Notes: generated by a model not told the origin, from the letters alone. DNA of 64,000 nucleotides from an uncultured Lachnospiraceae bacterium (GCA_902475025.1 CABRXX010000001.1:32454-96453); one strand, 5' to 3'. Positions 54,627 through 63,514 are shown, counted from the stretch's first letter. Numbers and translations are program-made.

Positions 54627-56465
54627 ATGAAGAAGGGAATTGCGAAGTTTACGGCGTTTTGTGTGGCGGCCGGTATGACATTTGGCGGTTCAGGGATTGT
54701 TTCCCTGGCAGATGGACCGGAGATGTCTCTGGTTGGGATCGGGAGTTTGTCAGCAGTGAAGGAGACGGATGCTGAGACAGCTTCTGAGGAGACGGAAGAC
54801 TCCGCCCAGGAAGAAGAGAGTACGGGATCCTTTGGTAATATTGGAGCCGGGCTGACTTCACAGGGAGCAGGGGAGACAGAAGCCGTAGATGAGCAGGAGA
54901 CTTTCGATAACAGCACAGAGGATGGGGCAGCAGCAGAAGAGACATCCGGAGAAACTGGCGGGGATGTGTCTGCGCCGGAACAGCAAGTTTCTGAGGAGAC
55001 AGAAGCTGTGCCGGAGACAGAGCCGGTGCTGGATACCAGCATGGTAGGCACCACTGGTTTTGCTCAGTGTAATGAATATGTGAACATTCGGGCTACCGGA
55101 GATACCAACGGAGAGGTTTTGGGAAAACTTTACAACAATGCTGCAGTTTACATCGAAGGTGTAGATGAACATGGATGGTACAAGGTAACCTCCGGTAATG
55201 TTACCGGATACGTGGCTTCTCAGTATATTATGGTAGGTTCTCAGGCAGAGCAGCTGTCTCAGGAAGTGGGATACCATGTGGCTGAAGTGGGAGCTGAGGT
55301 TCTGAATGTCCGGGCAGATGCCAGTCAGGATTCCGAGATTGTTACCACAGTTACCAATACCCAGGAAGTAGAAGTGGTGGAGGACTGTGGAGAATGGCTG
55401 AAGGTGGCCGTTGATGCTGAGACCTATGGGTACGTGTCCGCAGACTATGTATATGCGGAGCGTCAGTACCAGGAGGCAGAGTCTATTGAGGAGGAACAGG
55501 CCAGACTGGATGCAGAGTGGCTGGCATACTTAGAGGAACAGGCTCAGGCAGAGGCTGAGTATCAGGCATATTTAGAACAGCAGGCCCAGCAGAATGTACA
55601 GGAACCTTCCTATGAAGAGCCTTCTTATCAGGAGCCTTCCTACGAAGAGCCTTCTTATGAAGAGCCGGATGATACAAACAGCAGCTATGGAGATGCTCAG
55701 ACAACAGCAGATGCGCTGTATCAGGAGTACTTGAATGCCCAGGCAGAGGCAGACGCAGCAACCCAGCAGGCGGATGAACAGCTGGTATATGATACTGCAG
55801 AAAAAGCTCAGCAGGCATATCAGGAATATCTGAATGCTCAGGCACAGGCGGATGCTTTGGCAGCAGGCGGTTCCACAGATCAGAGTCAGGATTACACAGA
55901 CGGCACAGAGGATTATGTGGAGGATGATTATACAGAAGATGAGTATGTAGACGACACCACAGAAGAGGACTATGTGGAAGACTATGTAGAGGATGACTAC
56001 ATAGAAGACGACTATGTAGAGGACGATTATGTGGAAGACGATTATGTGGAAGACGACTATGTGGAGGATGGAGGTTCTGAGGATACCTCAGACAACGGAT
56101 CTTCCTACAGTCTTGGTCAGGAGATTGCGAATTATGCAGTTCAGTTTGTAGGCAATCCTTATGTGTACGGAGGCACCAGCCTTACCAATGGAGCGGATTG
56201 TTCCGGTTTTGTTCAGTCTGTAATGGCTAACTTTGGCATCGGCCTTCCGAGAACAGCTGCTTCCCAGTCCGGCGGCGGAGTGGAGGTTTCCCTGGATGCC
56301 CTGCAGCCCGGAGACCTGTTGTTCTACTATGGCGGCGGCGGAATTGGGCATGTGACCATGTACATTGGCAATAATCAGGTAGTACACGCAAGTAACCCTT
56401 CATCCGGTATTATTATCTCTGATATGTCTTACAGAACACCGGCCTGGGCAAGACGTTACTGGTAA
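54627..56465 (+). CDS. secreted NlpC/P60 cell-wall hydrolase with two SH3 domains and long acidic repeat region
   Basis: Signal peptide, SH3-like modules (YVNIRATGDTNGEVLGKLYNN.., VLNVRADASQDSEIV..), Q/A/E coiled region, DDYVE repeats, and a C-terminal catalytic domain ..DCSGFV...GHVTMYIG...H. Confidence 0.85.
   Translation: MKKGIAKFTAFCVAAGMTFGGSGIVSLADGPEMSLVGIGSLSAVKETDAETASEETEDSAQEEESTGSFGNIGAGLTSQGAGETEAVDEQETFDNSTEDGAAAEETSGETGGDVSAPEQQVSEETEAVPETEPVLDTSMVGTTGFAQCNEYVNIRATGDTNGEVLGKLYNNAAVYIEGVDEHGWYKVTSGNVTGYVASQYIMVGSQAEQLSQEVGYHVAEVGAEVLNVRADASQDSEIVTTVTNTQEVEVVEDCGEWLKVAVDAETYGYVSADYVYAERQYQEAESIEEEQARLDAEWLAYLEEQAQAEAEYQAYLEQQAQQNVQEPSYEEPSYQEPSYEEPSYEEPDDTNSSYGDAQTTADALYQEYLNAQAEADAATQQADEQLVYDTAEKAQQAYQEYLNAQAQADALAAGGSTDQSQDYTDGTEDYVEDDYTEDEYVDDTTEEDYVEDYVEDDYIEDDYVEDDYVEDDYVEDDYVEDGGSEDTSDNGSSYSLGQEIANYAVQFVGNPYVYGGTSLTNGADCSGFVQSVMANFGIGLPRTAASQSGGGVEVSLDALQPGDLLFYYGGGGIGHVTMYIGNNQVVHASNPSSGIIISDMSYRTPAWARRYW
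55602..55661 (+). repeat. in-frame 15-nt tandem repeat (4x) encoding (E)PSY(E/Q)E
   Basis: gaaccttcctatgaa gagccttcttatcag gagccttcctacgaa gagccttcttatgaa. Confidence 0.85.
55911..56068 (+). repeat. in-frame 15-nt tandem repeats encoding (D/E)DYVE
   Basis: Protein stretch EDYVEDDYTEDEYVDD...EDYVEDYVEDDYIEDDYVEDDYVEDDYVEDDYVED. Confidence 0.85.
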
Positions 56466-56498
56466 ACTTGTTATCTCAACCAAATATTACATAAAGCG

Positions 56499-56532
56499 AA
56501 ACCGTTAGGTCTTTTGGCCTGGCGGTTTTGTG
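56499..56532 (+). terminator. terminator after the NlpC/P60 gene
   Basis: aaaccgttagg tcttttgg cctggcggttt followed by T-rich sequence. Confidence 0.6.
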
Positions 56533-56759
56533 ATTCCGGCAGAAAAACAGGGAGCGAGGAGATGCCGGGCAAAGCGGGAAACTAAAATATTGTGAAACGC
56601 AGGTCAGGGTGGGAAAAGGAATGGGGATGAATCGTCGCATAGTGTATGGAAAAGTCTGATAATTGTTTTCGGGGATTTTACAGATCCAGGGGATTTGTAT
56701 GGGAAAAGTAAAAAAATGCACAAACTTTGTCCAAAAACATCGAAAAAGAGGGAAGGGGA

Positions 56760-56849
56760 TGTGGATGCGTGTGGATGGTTGTCCACAGAAAAGGTGGACA
56801 AAAAACGTGGGAAAAAGAGTTATACACGAACTTATCCACATTATCCACA
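56760..56849. promoter_or_regulatory. DnaA-box cluster
   Basis: Two abutting perfect TTATCCACA boxes (56832-56840, 56841-56849), TTGTCCACA (56779-56787), two TGTGGATG(c/g) boxes (56760-56768, 56770-56778), GGTGGACAA (56793-56801) and TTATACACG (56820-56828). Confidence 0.7.
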
Positions 56850-57160
56850 TTTTTTTGTGGTTTAAAAGTAGATTCTGGAACGGTTTGGGATGGAACAAGC
56901 GTTTTGTGAATTGTGATAAAAGTATTGATTTGGGAGAAAAAAGAGAAATAAGTATTGACAAATAAATAGTAAATTAATTTTCAGAAATAACAGATATTTT
57001 ATCGGAGAGTCTCATGATTTGTGTTAATATTTGCTATGATAAAGACAATAGCATATCTTTCGGACTGATTTGTGCTTCCACTATTTGACGGATTCTTTTT
57101 CCGGGCCTCATAATTCAGAGTTCGGATACAGAAGTCAGGAGTATATGGAATATGAAATAG

Positions 57161-57280
57161 AGGATGCTGCAAAATACTAATTCCGGCGGATTTTCGGTGT
57201 GTTTTGCTCCGAAAAGATGTTATTTTTCGGAGCAAAATCACCCGAAAGGGCGCCGCCAGAGGTATTTTGCAACATCCCCC
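57161..57280 (+). repeat. palindromic repeat family A, copy 3
   Basis: AGGATGCTGCAAAATACtaattccggcggattttcggtgtg...GGTATTTTGCAACATCCCCC, directly downstream of the stop of the minus-strand gene 57297-57935. Confidence 0.85.
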
Positions 57281-57296
57281 ATATGAGAGAAGAACC

Positions 57297-57935
57297 CTAT
57301 CTGCATATTTTTATGAAGCCGCGAAATACAGGAATGCCCTGTTTCCCCATGTTCTCAGGGTGCCATTGAACGCCGTAGATGGGCAGAGTTTTGTGCTGCA
57401 GAGCCTCCACAGTTCCGTCGGGAGCTTTCTGGGTGATTGTCAGATTTTTGCCCAGGCGTTTCACAGACTGGTGATGGGAACTGTAGACTTTGTAATTTTT
57501 TTTGTAGAGATTGTAGATCCAGGAGTTTTTTCCTACATTTCGGACTGTGTGCCAGCGGCCTCTGTGATTTTTAATGTTCTGATTCAGGGAACCTCCAAAG
57601 TAGACGTTGATCAGCTGCATTCCACGACAGATGCCAAGGACAGGCTTTTTTGCTTTCACATAGATACGGTTAGTGGTGGCGGTCTTTTTCAGAGAAATTA
57701 CGCTGGAGTTGGATGTTTTCCAGGTTACCTTTTGGGAGGTGTGCCGCAGTGTCAGGGGCGTGCTGGTACCTGCAGAAAGGGTCATTTTCTGATCCGTCAG
57801 AAATGAACCACTGGCGGATGCAGCCTGTGTGTTTGCCAGGGTCAGTAAAAGTAAGAGAAAAATTAGACCGAAAACATGGTGATACCGTTTTGGCTTCTGT
57901 TGGTTTTGCATAAGCAGTTTTACTCTGGAGTTCAT
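57297..57935 (-). CDS. chimeric secreted protein: signal peptide + Big_2-like segment + C-terminal half of a class-I glutamine amidotransferase (peptidase C26/PuuD-like)
   Basis: RBS AAGGAGG 9 nt upstream. Signal peptide VFGLIFLLLLLTLANTQAASA, then TLSAGTSTPLTLRHTSQKVTWKTSNSSVISL (Ig-like), then PVLGICRGMQLINVYFGG...SSHHQSV...GVQWHPE. The amidotransferase lacks its N-terminal ~80 aa. Confidence 0.6.
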   Translation of the reverse strand: MNSRVKLLMQNQQKPKRYHHVFGLIFLLLLLTLANTQAASASGSFLTDQKMTLSAGTSTPLTLRHTSQKVTWKTSNSSVISLKKTATTNRIYVKAKKPVLGICRGMQLINVYFGGSLNQNIKNHRGRWHTVRNVGKNSWIYNLYKKNYKVYSSHHQSVKRLGKNLTITQKAPDGTVEALQHKTLPIYGVQWHPENMGKQGIPVFRGFIKICR

Positions 57936-58097
57936 AATTTGCGGCCTCCTTTGTATAACAATATTTGACCATAAATAATACGGAAAAATTGATTTTCTAC
58001 GAATCTATTTTACCCCTCCCCAAAGGGGTGTCAATATTTTAATACAAAAAAAGTACCGACCCCACAGCTCCTGCGTCTGCAAAATCAGTACTTTAAA

Positions 58098-58170
58098 TGC
58101 GCCTTCAGGGGCTCGAACCCTGGACACCCTGATTAAGAGTCAGGTGCTCTACCAACTGAGCTAAAGGCGC
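58098..58170 (-). tRNA. tRNA-Lys (anticodon CUU)
   Basis: Minus strand: GCGCCTTTAGCTCAGTTGGTAGAGCACCTGACTCTTAATCAGGGTGTCCAGGGTTCGAGCCCCTGAAGGCGCA. Full cloverleaf: 7-bp acceptor, D arm GCTC/GAGC, anticodon stem CCTGA/TCAGG, T arm CAGGG/CCCTG. CCA is not encoded. Confidence 0.95.
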
Positions 58171-58359
58171 TTATTAAGTTGTTGTTCCGGCGAACAAATA
58201 GTATTATAGTACAGCAGAATAAAAAAAGCAAGCCCTTTTTAAAAAAAATTTAGAAAAAATTGAAAGTTTTTTCTTGCGGCCAGGAGACAATGCCATTATA
58301 ATAAGTAATATGTGGGAGTTTCCCCGGTCATAATTAAGAAAATGAAAGGAAACGAAGAG

Positions 58360-59595
58360 ATGAATCAGAACAGCGGTACGGATTCCGCAGCGGATCAGCG
58401 TGGCAAGGATATGCTTCATGCCACACCTCCCGGGAAAAATCAGAAATTCATAAGGAATGACCAGTATTTTACCGTTTGTATTTACACGTTTATTCTGGTG
58501 GTTATCAGCGCAGTGGCTATTAAAGGAATTTTTTCCATTGATCAGACAGGAGCCTTTTTTGTGGGGATTCTTCGGGCGTTAGGTCCCTTTTTGATCGCTT
58601 TGCTGATCGCTTATATTTTAAATCCTTTTGTGAAATTTGTAGACCGCTGGCTGAAAAAGATATGCCCGAAGCTGCCGGAAAAGGTTTCTTTGGTCTTGGC
58701 CATGTTTGTGGTATATCTGCTGGGATTAGGGATGATCTTTGCTATTTTGGTATATGTGCTGCCGGAGATTGTGAGGAATCTGGCAGACCTTGTCAACTAC
58801 ATCCCTCAGGTATACGAAGATCTGGAGGCCTTTTTAGAGTCCCTGCAGCAGCAGTTTCCAACGGTGGATTTCAGCGCCATTACTACCATGCTGGAGGATA
58901 CCCAGACGGACGTGGTAGCCAGCATTACAGCAGTGGCGAAAGATATGATTCCAGTGCTTTATACAGCCTCAGTGTCTGTGGTGACCTGGTTTGGCAATTT
59001 CCTTATTGCCATGATCGTTTCTGTATATATGCTTTATGGAAAGAAGTCCCTAAAGAGGATGCTGAAGATTGTGATGTACTCCTTTATTCCCAAGAAGCAG
59101 ATTCAGACGGTAAAGGAGATTCTGTTGGAGTGCAACAATATTTTCAGTAAATATCTGGTGAGCAAAATGATAGACTCCTTTATTATCGGAGTCCTCTGTG
59201 CCATCCTGATGGTGTTCCTGCGTCTGCCCTACGTATCTTTAATCAGTGTGATTGTGGGCATCACCAACATGATCCCTTACTTTGGCCCCTTCATTGGAGC
59301 GATCCCTGGGATCGTTATTATCCTCTGCATCAATCCTATACAGGCGCTGGTTTTCGCTGTTATGATTCTGTGTCTGCAGCAGTTTGACGGCTTAATCTTA
59401 GGCCCGAAGCTTTTGGGAGATTCCACAGGAATGAAGCCTCTCTGGATCATTTTTGCCATCACCATTGGCGGTAAATTCTTTGGCGTGATCGGCATGTTCC
59501 TGGGCGTTCCGGTGGTGGCCGCTTTGGCTTATCTGGCGGAACGCTATATGCGGCATCGCCTGGCGAAGAAACATCTGTCTATGGATAAGCTGTGA
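58360..59595 (+). CDS. AI-2E family (PerM/YhhT-like) transporter
   Basis: About 410 aa, 8 TM. Conserved C-terminal ..NMIPYFGPFIGAIPG... motif. Start 58360 or 58342. Confidence 0.8.
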   Translation: MNQNSGTDSAADQRGKDMLHATPPGKNQKFIRNDQYFTVCIYTFILVVISAVAIKGIFSIDQTGAFFVGILRALGPFLIALLIAYILNPFVKFVDRWLKKICPKLPEKVSLVLAMFVVYLLGLGMIFAILVYVLPEIVRNLADLVNYIPQVYEDLEAFLESLQQQFPTVDFSAITTMLEDTQTDVVASITAVAKDMIPVLYTASVSVVTWFGNFLIAMIVSVYMLYGKKSLKRMLKIVMYSFIPKKQIQTVKEILLECNNIFSKYLVSKMIDSFIIGVLCAILMVFLRLPYVSLISVIVGITNMIPYFGPFIGAIPGIVIILCINPIQALVFAVMILCLQQFDGLILGPKLLGDSTGMKPLWIIFAITIGGKFFGVIGMFLGVPVVAALAYLAERYMRHRLAKKHLSMDKL

Positions 59596-59733
59596 TATAA
59601 GGCATCTGGGGCGAGGGAGAGGTGAGGGAAGAACCGTGAGGAGCCAGAAACAGCGTGTGCCTTTCAGGAGGTGGAAGCGGTTCTTTTCTGACCGTATGGT
59701 TCCTGCAGACGGATGGCAGAATACAGAAATATC

Positions 59734-59772
59734 AAAAGACCCGGAAGTCAGTTCTTCCGGGTCTTTTCTTTT
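59734..59772. terminator. bidirectional terminator
   Basis: aaa agacccggaag tcagtt cttccgggtct tttc, with T-runs on both strands. Confidence 0.7.
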
Positions 59773-59894
59773 CCTGAGAGCAGTTTCTGCATGTCATCCA
59801 GCGCTTTTTTCAGGGACAGCGCTTTGCGGTTCAGGGAGGATTTATCGTAAGTGAGCAGATAGAGGGTTTCCCGCCATTTGCTTTTTCCAATCAT
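59748..59894 (-). CDS. small basic protein, 48 aa, hypothetical (below the ORF-track cut-off)
   Basis: AAGGAG, 8 nt, then ATG. MIGKSKWRETLYLLTYDKSSLNRKALSLKKALDDMQKLLSGKEKTRKN. The stop lies inside the terminator hairpin. Same strand as trmB and 117 nt downstream of it. Confidence 0.4.
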   Translation of the reverse strand: MIGKSKWRETLYLLTYDKSSLNRKALSLKKALDDMQKLLSGKEKTRKN

Positions 59895-60011
59895 GGAGAA
59901 ATCTCCTTACAGTACCCTTTCTATAAAATATGATGCAAAATTCTGAGAGTGCGAAGTATAGAAACAGTTGCCAGGTATTCTTTGACTTCTTAACCAAAAT
60001 AGGGAAAGAAC

Positions 60012-60674
60012 CTAGAAAAGGGAAGGCTCTCTGTGGATGATCATTTTATGAATGGGATTTCCTTTGGAAGAAAAGCGCTCCTCATATTCCGTCATAACAT
60101 TTCCCTGGGATAAAATCGGATCATGATGCAGGTCATAGGTAAAGGAATCCAGGATCCAGCCAGCCTCCTTCACCTGCTCCAGGGCAAAATCAAAGAGCAG
60201 GCGGTTGTCGGTTTTAAATTCCACCCGGCCCTCCGGTTTTAGGATCTGGTTATAGCGGGCCAAAAATTCTTTGCTTGGCAGGCGGCGTTTGGCGTGCCGG
60301 TCTTTTGGCCAGGGGTCAGAGAAATTCAGATAAATTCCATCCACCTCATTTTGCCCAAATACTTTCGGCAGATCCTCCGCATCCATGCGGAGAAACAGCA
60401 GATTGTTTACCTCCGGAAGCTGTTCTCTTTTTTCCAGAGCCCGCAGCAGGACGCTGGAATATTTTTCAATGCCCACATAATTCCGGTCAGGATGGGCAAG
60501 GGCAAGATCAGTGATGAAGCGGCCTTTTCCCATGCCTACCTCCAGATAGAGGGGCTGGTGATTTCCAAAGACTTCCTGCCAGCAGCCTTTTTTTTCTTCC
60601 ATGATGCTTTCCTGAATCACATATTTGCTGGCCGCAATGGCCTCCCTTGAACCGGGGATATTTCGTAATCTCAT
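60012..60674 (-). CDS. trmB: tRNA (guanine46-N7)-methyltransferase
   Basis: 220 aa. ..LEVGMGKGRF...GIE..., ..FSDPWPK..H.KRR. Confidence 0.9.
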   Translation of the reverse strand: MRLRNIPGSREAIAASKYVIQESIMEEKKGCWQEVFGNHQPLYLEVGMGKGRFITDLALAHPDRNYVGIEKYSSVLLRALEKREQLPEVNNLLFLRMDAEDLPKVFGQNEVDGIYLNFSDPWPKDRHAKRRLPSKEFLARYNQILKPEGRVEFKTDNRLLFDFALEQVKEAGWILDSFTYDLHHDPILSQGNVMTEYEERFSSKGNPIHKMIIHREPSLF

Positions 60675-61142
60675 AATAACTCCTTTTTGTGATAGCGCCT
60701 GTGCACATGGGCGTGCTGCCCTGTGTACACGGACGCTACGGATTGTCGATAGAAAAAACAGCAGGCTCAGGCAGTGACAGCGCTGCTCGTTGGGGCAACT
60801 GAGCCTGCAGGAAAACCGCAGAAAAACCGAAAAGGATACGGCGGCGTATTTGATTCCCGACTACAATAGCAGATCGGGGGATGTTTTGCAATATACAATT
60901 TGCAGATTGTTATGAGATTAGTAACTGTTTTCTCATAACAGCTGGAAGGGACTGTTTCGCAGCAGGAAATGAAATTAGATTTTTTTGTAGGCTCTGGGCT
61001 TTGTATGCGGATGCCGGCGTTACAATATTGAAAAAAAGGCGGGGGCATGATATGCTGTCATTGATAAACCGGCAAAAAAGAAGATGAGTGGAAAACAGGA
61101 TGTGAAATTTTCGCAGGAAAGCTGTGCAGTGCTTTTGAAAGG

Positions 61143-61943
61143 ATGGTGAGGGGCGTGGATGTAAAATTTATCAACCCGGGAGCAGAGGAGATGATTCGGC
61201 AGATTCTGGAATTTCAGACCCCGGAGACCTCGGCGTGGTGGTCCTCTCCTCTGTATCATTTTTATCCTCAGCTGGATCAAGAATATGCCCAGGGGCTGGC
61301 CTTTCCTGAGAGAATGGCTTATCTGGAGCAGATGCTGCAGAAAATTTATGAGGAGCAGAGAGCTGTGATTGATCAGAAGGCAAAACAGTATGCCGATCAT
61401 TGGACTGTTTGCCGAGGACAGATTACAGAGGCTTTATCAGAAGCCTTTGAAGTGGACCTTACCAATCAATTTCAGGATCTGAGATGCCTTGTCAGCCTAA
61501 ATCCCGTAGAACCCCGTTTTCTGCAGGAGAGAAGTTTTTCTGTTTTTTATCTGAACAGCGAGAGAGGCGCCATTGGGGAGGCAATACATGAGATGGTGCA
61601 TTTTGTGTGGTTTTATGTGTGGCATCAGGTGTTTGGGGATCGTGTTGAGGAATATGAGCGCCCCAGCACGAAATGGATTTTAAGTGAGATGGTGGTAGAG
61701 TCTGTGATGCGAGATCCCCGGCTCAGCTCCATCAATCCCTATTTCCCCAGAGAGAATGGCGGCTGTATTTATCCCTGGTTTTTTGACATGATCGCTGGTG
61801 GAAAGCCCATACTGGAGACTCTGGATCCCTGGTATCGCAGTATGGGCATTCGGGATTTTATGAAGAAGAGCTATGAATATTGTCTGGAGCATGAGGATGA
61901 GATCCGAGGCCATATGAACCGGGCGGAGACGGCAGAGATTTAA
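61143..61943 (+). CDS. hypothetical protein with HExxH motif (possible metallopeptidase-like fold)
   Basis: 266 aa with good coding character. AIHEMVHFVWF contains H-E-x-x-H. No other family recognised. Start uncertain. Confidence 0.55.
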   Translation: MVRGVDVKFINPGAEEMIRQILEFQTPETSAWWSSPLYHFYPQLDQEYAQGLAFPERMAYLEQMLQKIYEEQRAVIDQKAKQYADHWTVCRGQITEALSEAFEVDLTNQFQDLRCLVSLNPVEPRFLQERSFSVFYLNSERGAIGEAIHEMVHFVWFYVWHQVFGDRVEEYERPSTKWILSEMVVESVMRDPRLSSINPYFPRENGGCIYPWFFDMIAGGKPILETLDPWYRSMGIRDFMKKSYEYCLEHEDEIRGHMNRAETAEI

Positions 61944-62033
61944 GTCTTTCATACGATTGACCTATAATTTGGCGTATATAATTAGGAGCTGAAAAAGGAA
62001 CAAAAGCAGAGCAGTGAAAAGAGAGGGAAAACA

Positions 62034-62933
62034 TTGAAGATTAAAAATTACGTAAAACCGACAAGTCTGGAAGAAGCGTATCAGTGGAATCAGAAGCGCA
62101 GCGCCCGCCTTATGGGAGGTATGCTGTGGCTGAGACTGGGGCGGGGAACGATTCAGACAGCCATTGACCTGTCCGGCCTGGGATTGGAAGGAATCAGGGA
62201 GACAGAGGAGAGCTTTTACATAGGGGCCATGACTGCCCTAAGAAGCCTGGAACAGCATCCGGGTCTGGAGGCGTACACAGAAGGGAGCCTTCGGAAAGCA
62301 GTGAGTTCCATTGTGGGGGTGCAGTTTCGGAATTTAGCCACAGTGGGAGGAAGTATCTGGGGGCGTTTCGGATTTTCGGATGTACTCACCGTATTTCTGG
62401 CTTTGGATACTTGGGTGGAGCTTTACAAAGGAGGCTTCGTGCCTCTGTCTGAGTTTGTAAACAGAAAGAAGGACAATGATATTCTGCTGGGACTTAGGGT
62501 AAAAAAGCGTCCTCAGCACACTGCATATCAGTCTTTCCGCAATACCAGGACGGATTTTCCGGTGCTTACCTGCGCAGTGAGTCTCCAGGATGAGGGACGG
62601 GGAATTGCATCTGTGGGGGCAAGACCGGGCCGGGCTATGACTCTGGAACTTCCGGAGGAATGGTGCAGGAAATTGGCAGAATTGCGAGAAGCGGCAGGAA
62701 AAGCCGAAGAAGGAGCGTTTGTGGAAGGGGCGGAAGCACAAGAAAAGCTTCTGGAATTTTCGCAGAGGGATCATTGGAAGAAAGAAGCAGAACGTCTGGC
62801 AGAAGAACTGGCGGCCAGGATTCCTACAGGCAGTAATATGAGAGCGGGTGCGGAGTACAGAACTCATTTGGCCAAGGTACTTCTGGGCCGCTGCCTGGAA
62901 GAATTGATGCAGAAAGGAGAGGTACGGGCATGA
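62034..62933 (+). CDS. xanthine-dehydrogenase/CO-dehydrogenase family FAD-binding (medium) subunit
   Basis: 299 aa, TTG start. ..LMGGMLWLRLG...IGAMTALRSLE...LATVGGSIW.. pattern. Confidence 0.75.
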   Translation: MKIKNYVKPTSLEEAYQWNQKRSARLMGGMLWLRLGRGTIQTAIDLSGLGLEGIRETEESFYIGAMTALRSLEQHPGLEAYTEGSLRKAVSSIVGVQFRNLATVGGSIWGRFGFSDVLTVFLALDTWVELYKGGFVPLSEFVNRKKDNDILLGLRVKKRPQHTAYQSFRNTRTDFPVLTCAVSLQDEGRGIASVGARPGRAMTLELPEEWCRKLAELREAAGKAEEGAFVEGAEAQEKLLEFSQRDHWKKEAERLAEELAARIPTGSNMRAGAEYRTHLAKVLLGRCLEELMQKGEVRA

Positions 62934-63514
62934 AGATCGCTTTGATTTTAAATGGAAAAAATGTAGAGGCGGAAGTGGAAGATGGAATGACCCTGTATGA
63001 TTTTGTCCGCTCAAAAGGCTGCGCCAGCGTAAAGTGCGGCTGCGAGACCTCCAACTGCGGTCTTTGCACTGTATTCTTAGACGATGTGCCTGTACTCTCC
63101 TGCTCGGTGCTGGCGGCAAGAGCGTCCGGACACCGGGTAGATACTCTGGAGGGGCTGCAGGAAGAGGCAGAAGAGTTTGGCGCTTTTATCGCAGGCCAGG
63201 GAGCGGAGCAGTGCGGCTTCTGCAATCCCGGCATGATTATGAATGCCATTGCCCTGTTTCGGGAAAAATCAGATCCCACAGACCAGGAGATACGGGAATA
63301 TCTGGCAGGAAACCTGTGCAGGTGTTCCGGTTATGAGGGACAGATGAGAGGTATTCGAAATTTTATCGCCTATAAAAAGGAAAAAGCCCTTCAAGGCGAG
63401 CAGAAGGAAGAAGAGAGGATGAGAATGAGGCGGGGAATAGAGGGAACCCGGGAAAACCCGTCAGATGAGCCGGAAAAAGAAGCCGGGGTGCAGGAGGGAG
63501 GCGCCGGAGCATGA
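62930..63514 (+). CDS. xanthine-dehydrogenase family [2Fe-2S] (small) subunit with charged C-terminal tail
   Basis: CGCETSNCGLCTV...SC... and QCGFCNPGM...CRCSGY cluster motifs, then a ~45-aa K/E/R/G-rich tail. Confidence 0.85.
   Translation: MKIALILNGKNVEAEVEDGMTLYDFVRSKGCASVKCGCETSNCGLCTVFLDDVPVLSCSVLAARASGHRVDTLEGLQEEAEEFGAFIAGQGAEQCGFCNPGMIMNAIALFREKSDPTDQEIREYLAGNLCRCSGYEGQMRGIRNFIAYKKEKALQGEQKEEERMRMRRGIEGTRENPSDEPEKEAGVQEGGAGA

Noticed and set aside
56476-56965. ORFs of 60-161 aa on both strands across the DnaA-box gap.
   Set aside because: They have no RBS, an odd composition (Trp/His/Lys/Phe-rich runs generated by the box repeats) and mutually overlapping frames. I treat the region as non-coding.
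56700-57010. Calling the DnaA-box cluster the chromosomal origin oriC.
   Set aside because: There is no dnaA/dnaN/rpmH context in the window, and skew and marker frequency cannot be computed here. It is reported only as a DnaA-box cluster with oriC as one hypothesis.
57936-58360. Integrated element using tRNA-Lys as an attachment site.
   Set aside because: I found no direct repeat of the tRNA 3' end and no integrase gene within the surrounding ~3 kb. Only the chimeric gene and a repeat-A copy hint at rearrangement.
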